The notes under the pieces are model-generated. The model had not been told where the DNA came from. It searched no databases and saw only the letters and a list, made by a program, of their open reading frames with translations. From Tubulanus polymorphus (Eukaryota > Animalia > Nemertea), in assembly GCF_964204645.1 (NCBI RefSeq), contig NC_134028.1:8432001-8496000 (forward strand): a DNA stretch of 64,000 nt, in the 5' to 3' direction. Numbering within the stretch: the first letter of the stretch is position 1; every line of letters starts with the position of its first letter. The translations under genes were made by a program, and so were the position numbers. Below are positions 51,771 through 64,000 of this stretch, in pieces.

Positions 51771-54747
51771 CTGCATCAATCTGCAGCCTTGAACTCGCCC
51801 CATCCTTTATCTTTAAACGATCGTTAAAGCAATTATATCGACTAGATTTTTAGTGTCGTCAACTATTTTTACGTGTATCTTGTCACAAAATTGTTTATTT
51901 GCTACGCATTCTCTTTAGAATATTTTTTATATTTTATGCATTTACATTTACTCAATACAGTAGTTTGACCCATGCCGTCGACTCAAGATATTTTTTTCGT
52001 GTTTTTGATAATAAATACTTTTGGTAAACCGATAATTTGCGATTTGAAATGACCTTAGCGATCGCAAAGTTTGGTGAAAAATGAAATATTAGCTCCAGAA
52101 ATGGAACGAGCATATCATCGTCATATGTGAAGTTTTTTTGAAAAAACTGTATAGAGAGCTCTTGCATGAATGCTGTTCATCGGTGAAGTTTGCATGGTGA
52201 AAAAAGAGATTGTTCCAGAAATGGATGCACCATCAGCAGTTGTGGATATTAGGGTCACTACCAGTTTTCTTTTTTTGTTGGTGAAAAAAATAAACTAGTG
52301 GTAGGAATTTTCTTGAATTAAATTGATTAGAAAAAAAATCGATACCTTGTTTCTATTTTCTGCTGAGCTTAAAAGATGACGCCTATCTACCTTTTTCTAA
52401 ATTCGTGATCAAACTAACTATAACAGACCCGGCAGTTATAAGAATAATCTGGTTATAAATTTTGTAGCAATTTACAAATTGAACTGTCGATTAGGAGAAA
52501 CAAGGAAGTATCATTTTTCTTAGCTTAAGTTGTTTAAAAGGATTCGCTGGAAAAAACGTTTCTAGATATATGATTTTAAATCGTTTTAAAGAAAGAAATG
52601 ACGCTCTTTAAGTGATGAAATTCAATGTAGGTTTGTAGTACTACGGGTATGAAATTATCTATGTTAGATTACATAACTTCACTTCAGGTTTTAAACTAAA
52701 CAAAAATGATAGCTTGTTTCTCCTATCGGTGAGGCCATTTTGTAAAATGCAATAAAATTTGTTATTAGTTCATAGCTGTCGTGTCTGTTATGATCAGATC
52801 AGCTTGAACATGATTTGAAAAAAAGTAATGTACAGGGTAGATAGGCGGCCGGCCGGGTCTACTTTAAGCCAAGGTATCAATTTTTTTTAGCCTGAAGGAT
52901 GTGAAATTATAGATCCATGTTAGATTACATAACTTCACTTCAGGTTTTTAAAGATTTCACTAGGCCAAACTTTGGCCTCTTTCGATTTATGACTAACATA
53001 TTCTATCCTGCTCAAATTCATAATAGATCTTGACATCATCGTGCAAGAGAGCTCTACGATTTATTCTCTGTTCGTAGCTGACATCCATATGTTTTCATCA
53101 TTAATCCATGTATTTTGATATAATAAATACTCGATGTTCATTTCTTATATTTGAGAAAAACTACGTTTATTTCGTATCTTATCTGGAATTAACAGATATT
53201 CAACCGTTGTGACTAATTCAAAACAATGGAAAAGCAAGGATTCCTTCGACTAGGAGGGTACGAACATAGTACACTCAAACTTGTCGCTGACGATCGACGT
53301 GTCGTAGTCGACCCGAGCTGCAACTGATCGCGTCGCAAGCAGCCGTGAGTGGACCTACGCTCACCTTTAGTCATCGTTCGTAGATGGGACCATCATTACC
53401 GGTACATCCTAACGTTGACTTGATTTTTATAAATTGTTCTTGAAACGCGGTCATAGACGACAACGGTTCTTGGGCTCAGGCTCGAACTCCGAAATCATCA
53501 TGCAATAGATCCGCCACTGCATTTTGGATGTGTTATATCTGGGGCCAATAGCTAAAAGACAACTTTTTGAATTTCGACCCCGTTCCTCAGTTATGAGGTC
53601 ATCTTCAAGGTCGCAGTGTTTTTAGTGCCTAGTTCTGCCGCAAGGTGGTGCACTGGGTGCACATACTAACATTGTACCCAAGTTTTATCAAGATCGACCC
53701 ACTACGAGCAAAAGGTTGAAAGCCTGTTTTGGTCGATGGCGAGTGACGTCACTAGTACAAATTCCGAGCGGTTCGAATCCCACAATACGCCAAAATCACT
53801 ACGGCCGCTCTGAGCGCACATCGCATTTCAACGTTGCCGTTTAATAAGGGTTAGAAGTACATTGTATTTACTGCTAGTGTATGTATATATCATGTACGGT
53901 TGCGAGAAATCCCTGCCCTAGTTAAACAGTAAGTCCACTAAATCTTTAAATTTTAAGTTGTTTAATGAAACTATTATTGTTTTAAATTGTTAAAACTGCA
54001 AACTATGGTTGTCGAAGATGCACCTTCTTCACATCCTTTGAAATCCTGGATAGCATCGCTGTCGGCAAAGACCTTCAGGTCTGTCTTCAACGGCACATCG
54101 CTTTGGAACAAGCGACTACTGTGTTATCAAATCTGAACTAGGTAAAAAAATGTTCCCCAAAAATAAAGACAAGTAAACGGATTAATTTGAGGTTTGAATG
54201 TTTTTGTTTATTTGTTGGTTCAAATCGAACCCTCGTCATCCTGATCTCCATAAATCTAAGAAAAGTATTCGCACACTTAAAACAATAAAATACGAGCAAT
54301 AAGCAATAACATCAGACTGGAGTAAGTAACTTTACTTAATTCACAGATACAATCCTACACAAAACAATAGCTATTCAGTGGCGGATCCACCCCTCTATTT
54401 TTACCGATGTAGCCGCAAATCTATGCGTTACTGAGTAAAAACCGAATGAAATCTTTCTATTAAGTAATGCTCAGAATGCACCTGCTTGCATCTATTTTTC
54501 CAAAAAATTTTTAGGAAGGGTCTTCGCGTTATCGGTGCTTGCTCTGGAATGGCTTACAGCCATCTGTTGTTGCTTTCATTTGCCCCCCCCCCCCCTTCAA
54601 AATGCTGGATCCGCCCCTGAGTGCAGACAAAATGATCGACAAAGACATACAGAACTCTAAAACAACAGTTAACAATTTAAGCAACGATAGACAAAACAGA
54701 TAGCTGATTACTTTACAAACCTGTTGTCAGAACCTTAATTATTTTTA

Positions 54748-55290
54748 CATGTACATACAGAGGACTGTTAACAATTCAACCAATGAAATTGCGATAGAGA
54801 TACAGAACATACAGCTTTAACAGTAAACAATGCAACCAATGAAATTGCGATGGAGATACAGAACATACAGCTTTAACAGTAAACCATGCAACCAATGAAT
54901 TGCGATTAACTAAGACCTACGAGCAATTATCAAGTTTGATAATTGCTCGTAGCTAAGACATACAGGACAAACAGGACTAACTTAATTGCGATAGACATAC
55001 AGGACATACAGGATTAACAGTAGACAATTCAACCAACGAATTGCGATTAACTAAGACATACAGGACTAAACCACAGGACATACAGGACTAACAGTAGACA
55101 ATTCAACAACCAATGAATTGCGATTAACTAAGACATACAGGACATACAGGACTAACTTAATTGCGATAGACATACAGGACTAACAGTAAACAATGCAACC
55201 AATGAATTGCGATCGCGATCACAAAGACATACAGGACAAACAGGAATAAACCACAGTAAATTGCGATAAAAAAGACATACAGGACTAACT
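54748..55290. repeat. Complex minisatellite inside the transposon
   Basis: Reiterated modules gacatacaggac / taacagtaaacaatgcaaccaatgaattgcgat. Confidence 0.9.
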
Positions 55291-55985
55291 GCAGTAAATA
55301 TATAGGGCCTTAGGAATGCAAAATTCATTCATTTTGTCATTTGTAAACATTCCACAACTTATTTCATTATGTCATTTCCAGTTTTCAAAGGGAATTTTCT
55401 TAACTTCAGATGCCATAAATATAAATATATAAAATTCTACAGAAACAATCAATGAATAAGTGAAAATTTACGAATAACAAACAAGACATTCAAGCAGTTG
55501 AGTAAGTTAAAATGGGACCAATCTATATATATTATATATGGATTATACAATTTAATCAGGGACAGCCTTGAACCGAGGTTGATGTGTCCATACACTCTCT
55601 TCATACACTCTCTGAACATGCATGTATGTATACTGCTGCCAATTGATGATAAGTCAAGGATGTTGAAGTTCTAGACATGGTCAGAATCATCCAGAGACAT
55701 CGGCACGCATCACAATAACTGATGATTTTGCAGTAACCTGTAACATAAAAAATCAAGCGGTAATCTATTCACAAAATATATTTTCCTGAAAGAAAAAACC
55801 TGAAATAGAGCACTATAAACACCAGTGCATATACATCGCTTCTTAACCTTATATATAATCGAGTAAATATATAGGTGACTAAGTGACGGTCATTATAGGC
55901 TTCTACGTTCACCATGGGAAATGAAAATATTTCTAACGTCAGGGATTCATTCGAAACCCGATCAATAATATTCTATACAAACTAT

Positions 55986-57426
55986 TTAGGAAATCGGGTC
56001 ACAATGAAAACAAAACCACCTGATATGTTCAGGAGGAGCCTCATTGATTGGAGCACATTTCCAATGATACCATCTATGGCAATTATCACATTCAATTGAG
56101 AATGTGGACTTTTTCTTAGGATTAGCATTGCAGTTTTTGTGGCAGACAGGGCAGGTTTCAGCAACTAACCGAGAAGGGGTTTTTTCAACTTTTGATGACA
56201 AAAGATTATCTAGTTTCAATTTTGCTAGGTTTTGGAGGCCTGCATTTCCAGGTTGATCTATAAGAATTTCTAATTCTTTTTCAGAATTGGAATTATTGAT
56301 TTCTGTAATAGGAGAACTGTTGAGATAATCATCTCTATTATTATAATCGATTACAATAGATTTTTTCTTATGATGATTATGTTCAATACGAATGTGCTTT
56401 TGAAGGAATGTTTCAATTGCATATGAATTAATAACCCCATCTGCCCAACAAATAGCACATGAGATAGGTTTCAAAGATGAATGAGAAGTGGATATGTGCC
56501 TATCTAGTTCCCTGCGACATGAACAAAGATATGGAGGATTTATTTTGTCTTTAATACAAAAGGAACAGACAATACTTTTTTCAAATAAAACAGACTTCGA
56601 GTCATTTTTAACAACTGGTATTGACTTAATATCTTTTGGTTTGGTATCTTTTGATTTTTTTGGTAAGGATGATTTATTCTGACTTAAAATATCTGCTGAA
56701 AATTCGATATCATTGCCAGGATCTGGATCAGTGGAGTCTATGGTTTCAATTTCTGATATTTTAGCTTTTTTACCTAGTTTGATAGCAGCATTTTCAACCA
56801 TAGCAGAAAAGGATACACCTCTGTTAGCAGGTCTAATTATCTTTCGCCCTCCGTGTCTTGCATTCTCAGCATCTTTAGGCATTGTAACCTTAGGGCAGTA
56901 AGGGTCTATCACTTCAAGTTCAGGAAGGTTTATGGCAACCTGATTGTCCTTGATTGGACCCTCAGCACGCCTATGAGCCATATTGTGAGGTTGTCGTTTG
57001 GCAGGTCGTCCGCTTATTAACTTAATTCCACAGTGGCTTTCATTATGTAAAATACTTAGAATGTGCCCTTTCCGAGCAGCATTGATATCATTCGAGCTAG
57101 CAATGTGGGAATGATCTTTTAACTTATCAATGAGGGTAGATGAAACAGAACAATCTCAAGCGGGACATCACGCGTCATATTATTTGTTCCAACATGGACG
57201 ATTAGTTGTTCCACATTCAGCATCTTCACCTTTTTCAATTCTGTAATATACAACTAATCAGTAACCCAATGAAAATGAACAATATAAATCAGTACTGAAC
57301 CGAGAAATTACCTTCCATCAATGTTTCAATGGTTCCTCCGGGGCACACGATCCTTGTCCATTCAAATAAGCCTACACCATCTAGCCCAGCATACTTTAAA
57401 ATGCTGTCTGCTACGAGACCAATACG
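55986..57426 (-). pseudogene. Transposon-borne spliced gene: SGNH/GDSL-esterase-like N-part, two C2H2-like fingers and a C-terminal PHD finger; frame broken near 57155-57120
   Basis: Exon 57426-57312 reads RIGLVADSILKY...IVCPGGTIETL. After a 71-nt GT-AG intron, the exon from 57240 reads LIVHVGTNN (SGNH blocks I-III). The other frame continues open into ORF 56981-55986 with CSFC..LDRHISTSH, CAIC..LQKHIRIEH and PHD CPVC...IECDNCHRWYHWKC...WFCFHC. Confidence 0.72.
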
Positions 57427-58443
57427 CTACAAAAAAGATTATTTGTCAGTCTCAGGCCAATATCACAGGGAGGTGTGAGAGAGCACACTGGTTACTGTAA
57501 GACCCTACTACATGCAAAAGAAGTGACACATATATGTATATCAATGTGATAGAATTGATTGAAAAAATTGTGCATAATAGTAGCTAGTGCCCAAAAATAG
57601 AACACAGTGTTATTGAAGTGAAAATTTCTAAAATCCTCTGAAGCGGTGCTTATTTGGTAGCTACATGGGTATTCTAATTGAATAAGCATAAAGATAAGCG
57701 TGCACACACAGTAGCCTATGCATAAACAAGGGCCAGTTTCACCTTCACCTAAAAGTCCTGCAGTGTGAAGACTAACTTGTTCACCTAAACCACCTCTACC
57801 AGGCTGTGGAAGGCCTAACATCAGGCACTAAATTAAAAGATTCCTCTAAATCAAATTATCTATAAACATCCTCTTAATTGCAGGCAGACTGATTCAGGGA
57901 GGGGTGCAGCCCAAAATAGGGCATACATATCAGTATCATATATAATTAAAAATCAAAAGGGCACCAGATCATCAGAAAACATAATACCTATATTTTGGAA
58001 GTAGGCCTACAGAGAACATGTTTTGGAATATAAGCTTTTTAAAAATACTTGTTGATATTTTTAATTTTTCCTTTAAATTTCATTGCGACTTAAAAGTTTT
58101 AAGGGGTGTACACCCCTGTATACTCTCCTGATCTGCCCCTGAATTGCCACTTAACAAAATTTCTCAGCTTAATTGTTGGCTAACTAGCTCAGTGAAACTG
58201 GGACCAGACCTAATGCATACACCCTCAGTGGCCAGGGCCAGGATTAAACAGTTAGGCTACGTATATAAATAAAGGAATGAAAAGTACTTATCCTGAAATT
58301 GGTTAGGCTATCTATCTGCAACAAGAAATACATTTTCATTGACTCTGAATACAGGGAACTACCATTCTTCTGTTTCGAGGCCTTAAAATTTATTGTTTAT
58401 TTTTTGTTGCTGGATTTGGAATGGTTGTTGGAATATCTAAGGC

Positions 58444-58991
58444 CTAATGTCTATTTATTAATTGATGAGACCTGTTTTTCTTGGATATTTTGCTCACTTT
58501 TTGGGGTACATACCTCATTTATGTCTTAACAGAATGCCAAAAATCGCGGACAACAACTGAATATCCGATATATTTCCAGTTCTGTACCAATTAGATGGAT
58601 TGGCAAAAAGACTCCTTAAGTCCAGTTGAATGAGAGAGAAAATCCTCCATTTTGTCAAATTTCTTGGATTTGAACATTGTTACCATGCCTACGCCACCCT
58701 GATTTAGTTGTTGAGACCCCACAAGAAAAATAACTTCATTTCGTAGGCATGGTGACAATGTAAAAATTCAAGAAATTTGACAAAATGGAGGATTTTCTCT
58801 CTCATTCAATTGGACTTAAGGAGTCTTTTTGCCAATCCATCTAATTGGTACAGAACTGGAAATATATCGGATATTCAGTTGTTGTCCGCGATTTTTGGCA
58901 TTCTGTTAAGACATAAATGAGGTATGTACCCCAAAAAGTAAGCAAAATATCCAAGAAAAACAGGTCTCATCAATTAATAAATAGACATTAG
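58444..58991. repeat. Near-perfect 548-bp palindrome (~250-bp arms, ~48-bp spacer); fold-back/MITE inside the transposon
   Basis: ctaatgtctatttattaattgatgagacc...accatgcctacg pairs with cgtaggcatggt...ggtctcatcaattaataaatagacattag, with few mismatches. Confidence 0.92.
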
Positions 58992-60201
58992 TAGGTGGTG
59001 ACTGTGTACGGGCAACATAGGCCTATACCCAGTGGCATGGCAATGGCATGCCACTGGGTACCCACTACTGCACTATAGTATACTGCCTACGGCTACTGCG
59101 ACTGGTGGTTCGGTTGGCAGAAATTACTTGTTAACATGGGGGGGGGGGGAGGGGGGAAGTAAGCGTGGATGAAGACAAATTAATTTAGCCGAGTAAGTAG
59201 CAAGCAAGTAAAGTAGTGGCAGTACAGTAGGCCTAGCGACAATGTGAGTGTGGTGGTAACGTGGCCGTGGTGGCAATAACAAGACTCCAAAACTGGCAAA
59301 AGCCAAAATTAAAAAGCCCTGCCGCCGCGCGGTCGCGACGCCTCGCCTGCACCACCGTGTACGATCCTCGCGGCGTTCACCAGTGTTACCCAGTGAGTTT
59401 TTTATAATCTTGCAATCTACCTCTTTTTTCAAACCAATATTCCCACCAACTGGTCCGGAGACAAGCTTAACACGTTCAGAAAACATGATTCACAATCTTT
59501 TAATCAACAGCCAGCAAGAATACACTTGACAGAAAATTCAAATTCAGCGGTTAACCGTTAAAAGTGAGTTGTTTAGCTGTGGGAGTAACAAAAAGGCGAT
59601 CTTGATGACGTCACTAGCCATCGACCAAAACAGGCTTTCAACCTTTTGCCCACTACGAAGCTAAGTAGCTGAAGATCAGACACACTGACAGACAGTACGA
59701 GAATAAGAGCCAATGGAAATTGCTACTCAAAGATAGAGAGGACATAGGTGATTTGATGTCATTGGCAGCTGTTGCAAACCTCTCTGCAGATATTCGATAG
59801 ATTATCGCCCTCTTTACGAAAACCAAAAACTTCGCAGAGACTTCAACGGGTCTCCTGTCTGGACCCGCCCTCGGCCGGGCATTACAATATAATAATGAAT
59901 AGTCTTTACCTGACTCTACATGCTAAGTTATTCAGATATATATTCACTCAGTATCTGTTGAATCAGATGGTGTTAAGAGGCTTTTCATAAGAAACCTTTT
60001 AAGTAAATGGATGACAAATAATTCATCATCCATATACTTAAAAAGGTACTAAAATCGTTGCAGATGGCCTGAGTAGAGGAGCCTCAGGATATGGGTGTGT
60101 TGATTCATATATACCCACTTACATCCTATCCAGTTAATTCACAAGACTTCAGCGACTTCAACTATAAATAATTCAGGGCATTAACAAATCGCGCACGCGT
60201 C

Positions 60202-61173
60202 ATGCAACTGAATATTTCTTCATATGGACGACCGTTTGTCAATTTCTACCCAGTGTACGAACCTTTTTACGTGGTTCCCGCCATTCGGGTGTTTCAGCTC
60301 ATCTGGAAACCGATTATACTGATCGTAGGCATCACCGGTAATATATCGGCTTTTCTGGTCATGACCAGTTCGCGTCTACGTTCGACGTCACACGGCACGT
60401 ATTTCGCGGTGTTGGCCCTGGTGGATACTGGCACGTTACTAGGCTACTCGCTTTCGCTTTTGAACTACGCGACCTATCCGAAAGTGGTTCTAGAACATTC
60501 TTCGCGGTTGACGTGCATTTTGCACGATTATTTTGTCGTTTCGTTCAACGCTTGCAGCTCGTGGATGATCGTGATCATAACTTTGGAAAGGTTGATCGTA
60601 GTTGTTCGTCCGTTTTCCTCGAGAACAATGGCCACCGCGTCGGTAGCGCGTAAAGTGTCCGTGTTCTTGATCGCTGTAATTTTCATAGGAAATACCTATC
60701 TAATTCAACTGATTAGATTTAGCGAAAAGTTTGGTGGTTGTTTCATGTCGTTAACCGATCAACACGTATATTATACCGTCACATTGACCATATTGACGTA
60801 CGGACCTTTGATACTGACGTTCATTTTGAACACAGCGCTGATCGCCGCCGTCCGCTCGACCAAAGACCTTGGAAAAAGTGGCGACCAAAATCGTCTGCAT
60901 AGACGAGTAGCAGTCAGTGTCATGTCTGTATCTATAGTTTTCATCGTCTTGCTTCTTCCGGGCGCCGTAGTTGGATTGTTTTCTACCTTCTCGCCAACGC
61001 TTCCCGTCTATTTCTTAGACATCGTATCAATAACGAACAACATGTACCCTTTAAATTGCTCGGTCAATTTCTTTATATACCTGACGAATGGAAGAGACGT
61101 TCAGAACGTTATCGGAAAAACCATGATTTTTGTGGCTCTAGCGAAATGCTGCAAATCTAGTAGGCCGACTTAA
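60202..61173 (+). CDS. Intronless class A GPCR, peptide-receptor-like
   Basis: 323-aa ORF with TM1 GITGN, TM2 LALVD, TM3 Cys and ERL (DRY variant), ECL2 Cys, TM6 LLLP and TM7 NCSVNFFIY. Confidence 0.88.
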   Translation: MQLNISSYGRPFVNFYPVYEPFYVVPAIRVFQLIWKPIILIVGITGNISAFLVMTSSRLRSTSHGTYFAVLALVDTGTLLGYSLSLLNYATYPKVVLEHSSRLTCILHDYFVVSFNACSSWMIVIITLERLIVVVRPFSSRTMATASVARKVSVFLIAVIFIGNTYLIQLIRFSEKFGGCFMSLTDQHVYYTVTLTILTYGPLILTFILNTALIAAVRSTKDLGKSGDQNRLHRRVAVSVMSVSIVFIVLLLPGAVVGLFSTFSPTLPVYFLDIVSITNNMYPLNCSVNFFIYLTNGRDVQNVIGKTMIFVALAKCCKSSRPT

Positions 61174-62219
61174 TGCGTATATATACTTGAAAATTGGCAG
61201 GGCTATAGATTTACCGTTACATCGTCATCTTAGATGCCCGTCAAACTTACTATTCCTTGGTTGTTACCGTCGATGAATTCCTCTAGTTTTATGGATGATC
61301 GTTCCAGAGCCACGCGCGACCCGATATTTACTAAATAATCCACAAAGAGCGTGGGCATATATTTATTCAGATAATGTTGTCGAATCTGGAACAATCGTGA
61401 TTCGAATTTCGGATTCGAATTTGTTAAAACATGGAATATCGAATATGGGCCTGCGATTCCCAACTGTATTTCCAATCATCCATACGAAATCAAACTTTCC
61501 ATGAATGTATGTAGATGTGATATTTGTACGTGAATACACGGACGACTTTTTAAAGGGAATTTGACAATTTTACTGGCGTTCTGAATTTTACGTGATGCCC
61601 CTAATCAGCCACCATAAAAAGGGATACAAAAAGCTTTGTTTTAACAGAATTTATTCTTATTTAGCACCTAATTGATAAACAAGTCATTTAAGATCGATTC
61701 AGAATGGTTTAATTTCTTAATAACTCGTTGATCTTTTTTCTGGTCCCAATGAATTCAAATTGAGCGGAGTCTATGGTATATACATGTTTTTATTCAGTGC
61801 AAATAGATCATTGGTCAACACACCCGCGCTAGTCAAAACATTTCATCCAGCATCCTGGGCGGCATAACCTTGTAATTTTCTGATCATGGATTGGTCATCC
61901 GTCCAAACGACCGCGATAGACATAATGCAACATTTTCTGCTGAGGTAAAACTGAGTAAATCTTATCACGAAGATAAAGCTATGTCTGCATTTGCATACTT
62001 TTGAATGAATAGAATATTATTTCGTTACAGTTTTGGCACCAGTTCATGATTTGAAATATCTTTATAAGTCCAGTCAAATAGGTCCAGAAATGTAAGGGCT
62101 TTTTTCCCCACCTCCTCCGACATGGCCTTCAACATGGCTTTCCACAGCTAAATTGACCGTATCAAAATAGCTAGCATATTTTATGGAAGATAATTGTCAC
62201 CAGATAGTGCCATCTGTTA

Positions 62220-63373
62220 TCAACTACTGACAGGCGGGATTGCTCTTCCGGCTTGCCTGTCTTCTTCGATGTCGTCGTCATCCTCTGGTTTGTCAGTCTT
62301 CCACGCCGTGATCGCCAATATACGATAACATTGAAACAAAACGACGAACGCATTTTTCACGGTGAAAAACATTATACCGTAATTGACCACTTTGAATTGA
62401 TACATAAGATATACCCGCATGCAGAAAAACGGCACTTCCTGGAACACCAACGACACTACTAAACTCCATCTCTCATCCGCCATGTAGCTTTTTTCGCCTT
62501 TGTCCGTAAACACACGCGCGCCTGTTCGAACGACAGTTAAATTTAGCGGGAACTGACAGACGGCTAATGTCCAAACGCCCAGTAATGTTTTCTGCATGCC
62601 GGCGTTCTCGGCGATTTTCTCGTGGTAAAACGGCTCGAAAAATTCAACGATGTCGGAACCGATAGCGACGAACAGAAGGAGAAGTCCCGAATGTTGGCCG
62701 TGTGATAGGTTATTACTCGGTATGATGACGCGTGTAAGAATTATGGTTAGTATCAACGATTGTTCGAACAGCTGTACCCACTCTTGCGGTCCAAATTCAA
62801 CTCCTTCCACTTCTATCTATAAATATTTAAAGCATAGATGATTAAGGTTAAATTGATACATTGTTTCTCATTTCTGCTGAGCAGCTTGTTGACCCGGCTG
62901 GCCGCCTATAATGATAATAATAATAATGATAATGATAATTTTAGTTCTATTTATACCCTGTATATACATCACACTTTTGATAATCGTGATCAAGCTAACC
63001 ATAACAGACCCGGCAGCTAGAAAAGAACTGGGTACAAATTTCATTGCAGTTTACAAATTGACCCGGCCGATTAGGAGAAACAATGTATCGTTTTATCTAA
63101 AATAAGCTTTTAGAAAAAAAAACGCTTTGATTCTAAGTGTATTTTTGTTATTTATCATTTAAAACAATGCCCACGCATTTATAGGGCGTTTAGATATGGA
63201 TCTCGGACACAGGGTTACTGTTGCATACCTTTAGCGCTGAGTTCGATATCGCACCACTAACTGTTAGTGTGTTGTTAGTTGTCGAGTTTCGTAGATATTC
63301 TATATATTCAAGTTGTAGGATCCATATCTGTGGAACGGATCCGATCAGAAAAAGCAGAATGCACGTACAAATC
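62220..63373 (-). CDS. TMEM26: Transmembrane protein 26-like, last two exons (5' part outside the window)
   Basis: Exons 63373-63229 (ICTCILLFLIGSVPQIWILQLEY...) and 62816-62220 (WVQLFEQSLILTIILTRVIIP...SGLLLLFVAIGSDIVEFF...QEVPFFCMRVYLM...FFTVKN). These match TMEM26-family motifs, and the splice phases agree. Confidence 0.8.
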
Positions 63374-64000
63374 CTGAAACGTAAGAAATATCCACAATGA
63401 ACCGTTTATAGGTTCGCTATGAAAGCGTAATTTTCTTTATTATTTTACATATTTCTGATTTCTGATTTTCGTTCGAAAATTCAAGGACAACCGTTCAAAA
63501 CCAAATGCACCGCTTAACCCCTCTTATAGACTAAGTACTAAAATATGATCCATTATTCCAATCTATTTAAGCGTACGCGACTCACATGATAAAAACGTAC
63601 AAGATGAAGTGAAGTCCAATAGCGGGAAAAAAAACATAGAAATATTTTTCGCCAACATCTTCTCGAGAAAAAACAACTTTAAAAAAGCTAACCAACCATT
63701 AACACGTGGAAAACGACCAAAATAATATACTAAATTTACTACCCCCCCCCCCCCCCCCCACCGATTTACCGCCCTCCCATTTACCGCCACCCCCACTTAC
63801 CGTCAGGTTTTCTCAATGTACTTCTCAATACAAATACATAGTAAAACACCCCGATATACCGCCATACTCTTTATACCACCAAAGTCGTTCTGCACCGATG
63901 TGAGTGGTATATCGGGGGTTGACTGTACATGTATTATATTTACGCCGTATACATGTACCGCGTAGCTATTAATCAATCACTTATTCACTAAATCAATCAC

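Larger units (their letters stand above)
53708..59649. mobile_element. 5.9-kb Mutator-like (MULE) DNA transposon: 44-bp TIRs, 9-bp TSD, no transposase visible
   Basis: TIR GCAAAAGGTTGAAAGCCTGTTTTGGTCGATGGC(G/T)AGTGACGTCA at 53708-53751 and inverted at 59606-59649 (1 mismatch). Perfect TSD CCACTACGA at 53699-53707 and 59650-59658. The superfamily is inferred from the G-start TIR and 9-bp TSD. Confidence 0.88.

Noticed and set aside
53990-54141. Short plus-strand Cys/His-containing reading (GCRRCTFF...CLQRHIALEQ) near the left TIR
   Set aside because: No start codon or acceptor identified, and too short to call; it could be a remnant of a second element gene.
54748-55290. CRISPR-like repeat array
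   Set aside because: Eukaryotic context, no unique spacers and no cas genes; it is a minisatellite.
59124-59486. 120-aa ORF taken as a complete gene
   Set aside because: The 3' two-thirds runs through low-complexity and poly-C sequence; at most the first 20-30 codons are a candidate first exon.

Overview
AT-rich, intron-containing animal genomic DNA. The presence of nodal and a selenoprotein suggests a marine invertebrate, most plausibly a lophotrochozoan (inference). Genes in order: the 5' end of a glutathione peroxidase paralog; an intronless class-A GPCR; a secreted selenocysteine GPx (in-frame UGA plus a GUGA-type SECIS); a nucleoredoxin/tryparedoxin-like WCPPC thioredoxin with a GC-AG intron; nodal; a 10-exon clan-2 cytochrome P450; an 18-exon divergent tolloid/BMP1-like metalloprotease; a second GPCR; and the 3' part of TMEM26. 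Tolloid intron 8 hosts an antisense, intronless C/EBP-PAR-type bZIP gene that has a 110-codon out-of-frame overlapping upstream ORF and a MEF2/CRE/CCAAT/TATA promoter. A 5.9-kb element with 44-bp TIRs and a 9-bp TSD carries a spliced SGNH-esterase/zinc-finger/PHD gene but no visible transposase. Also present: minimal hammerhead-ribozyme motifs, 24-41-bp P-element-like micro-insertions with 7-bp TSDs, and several MITE families. All exon coordinates were read by eye and no database searches were run.
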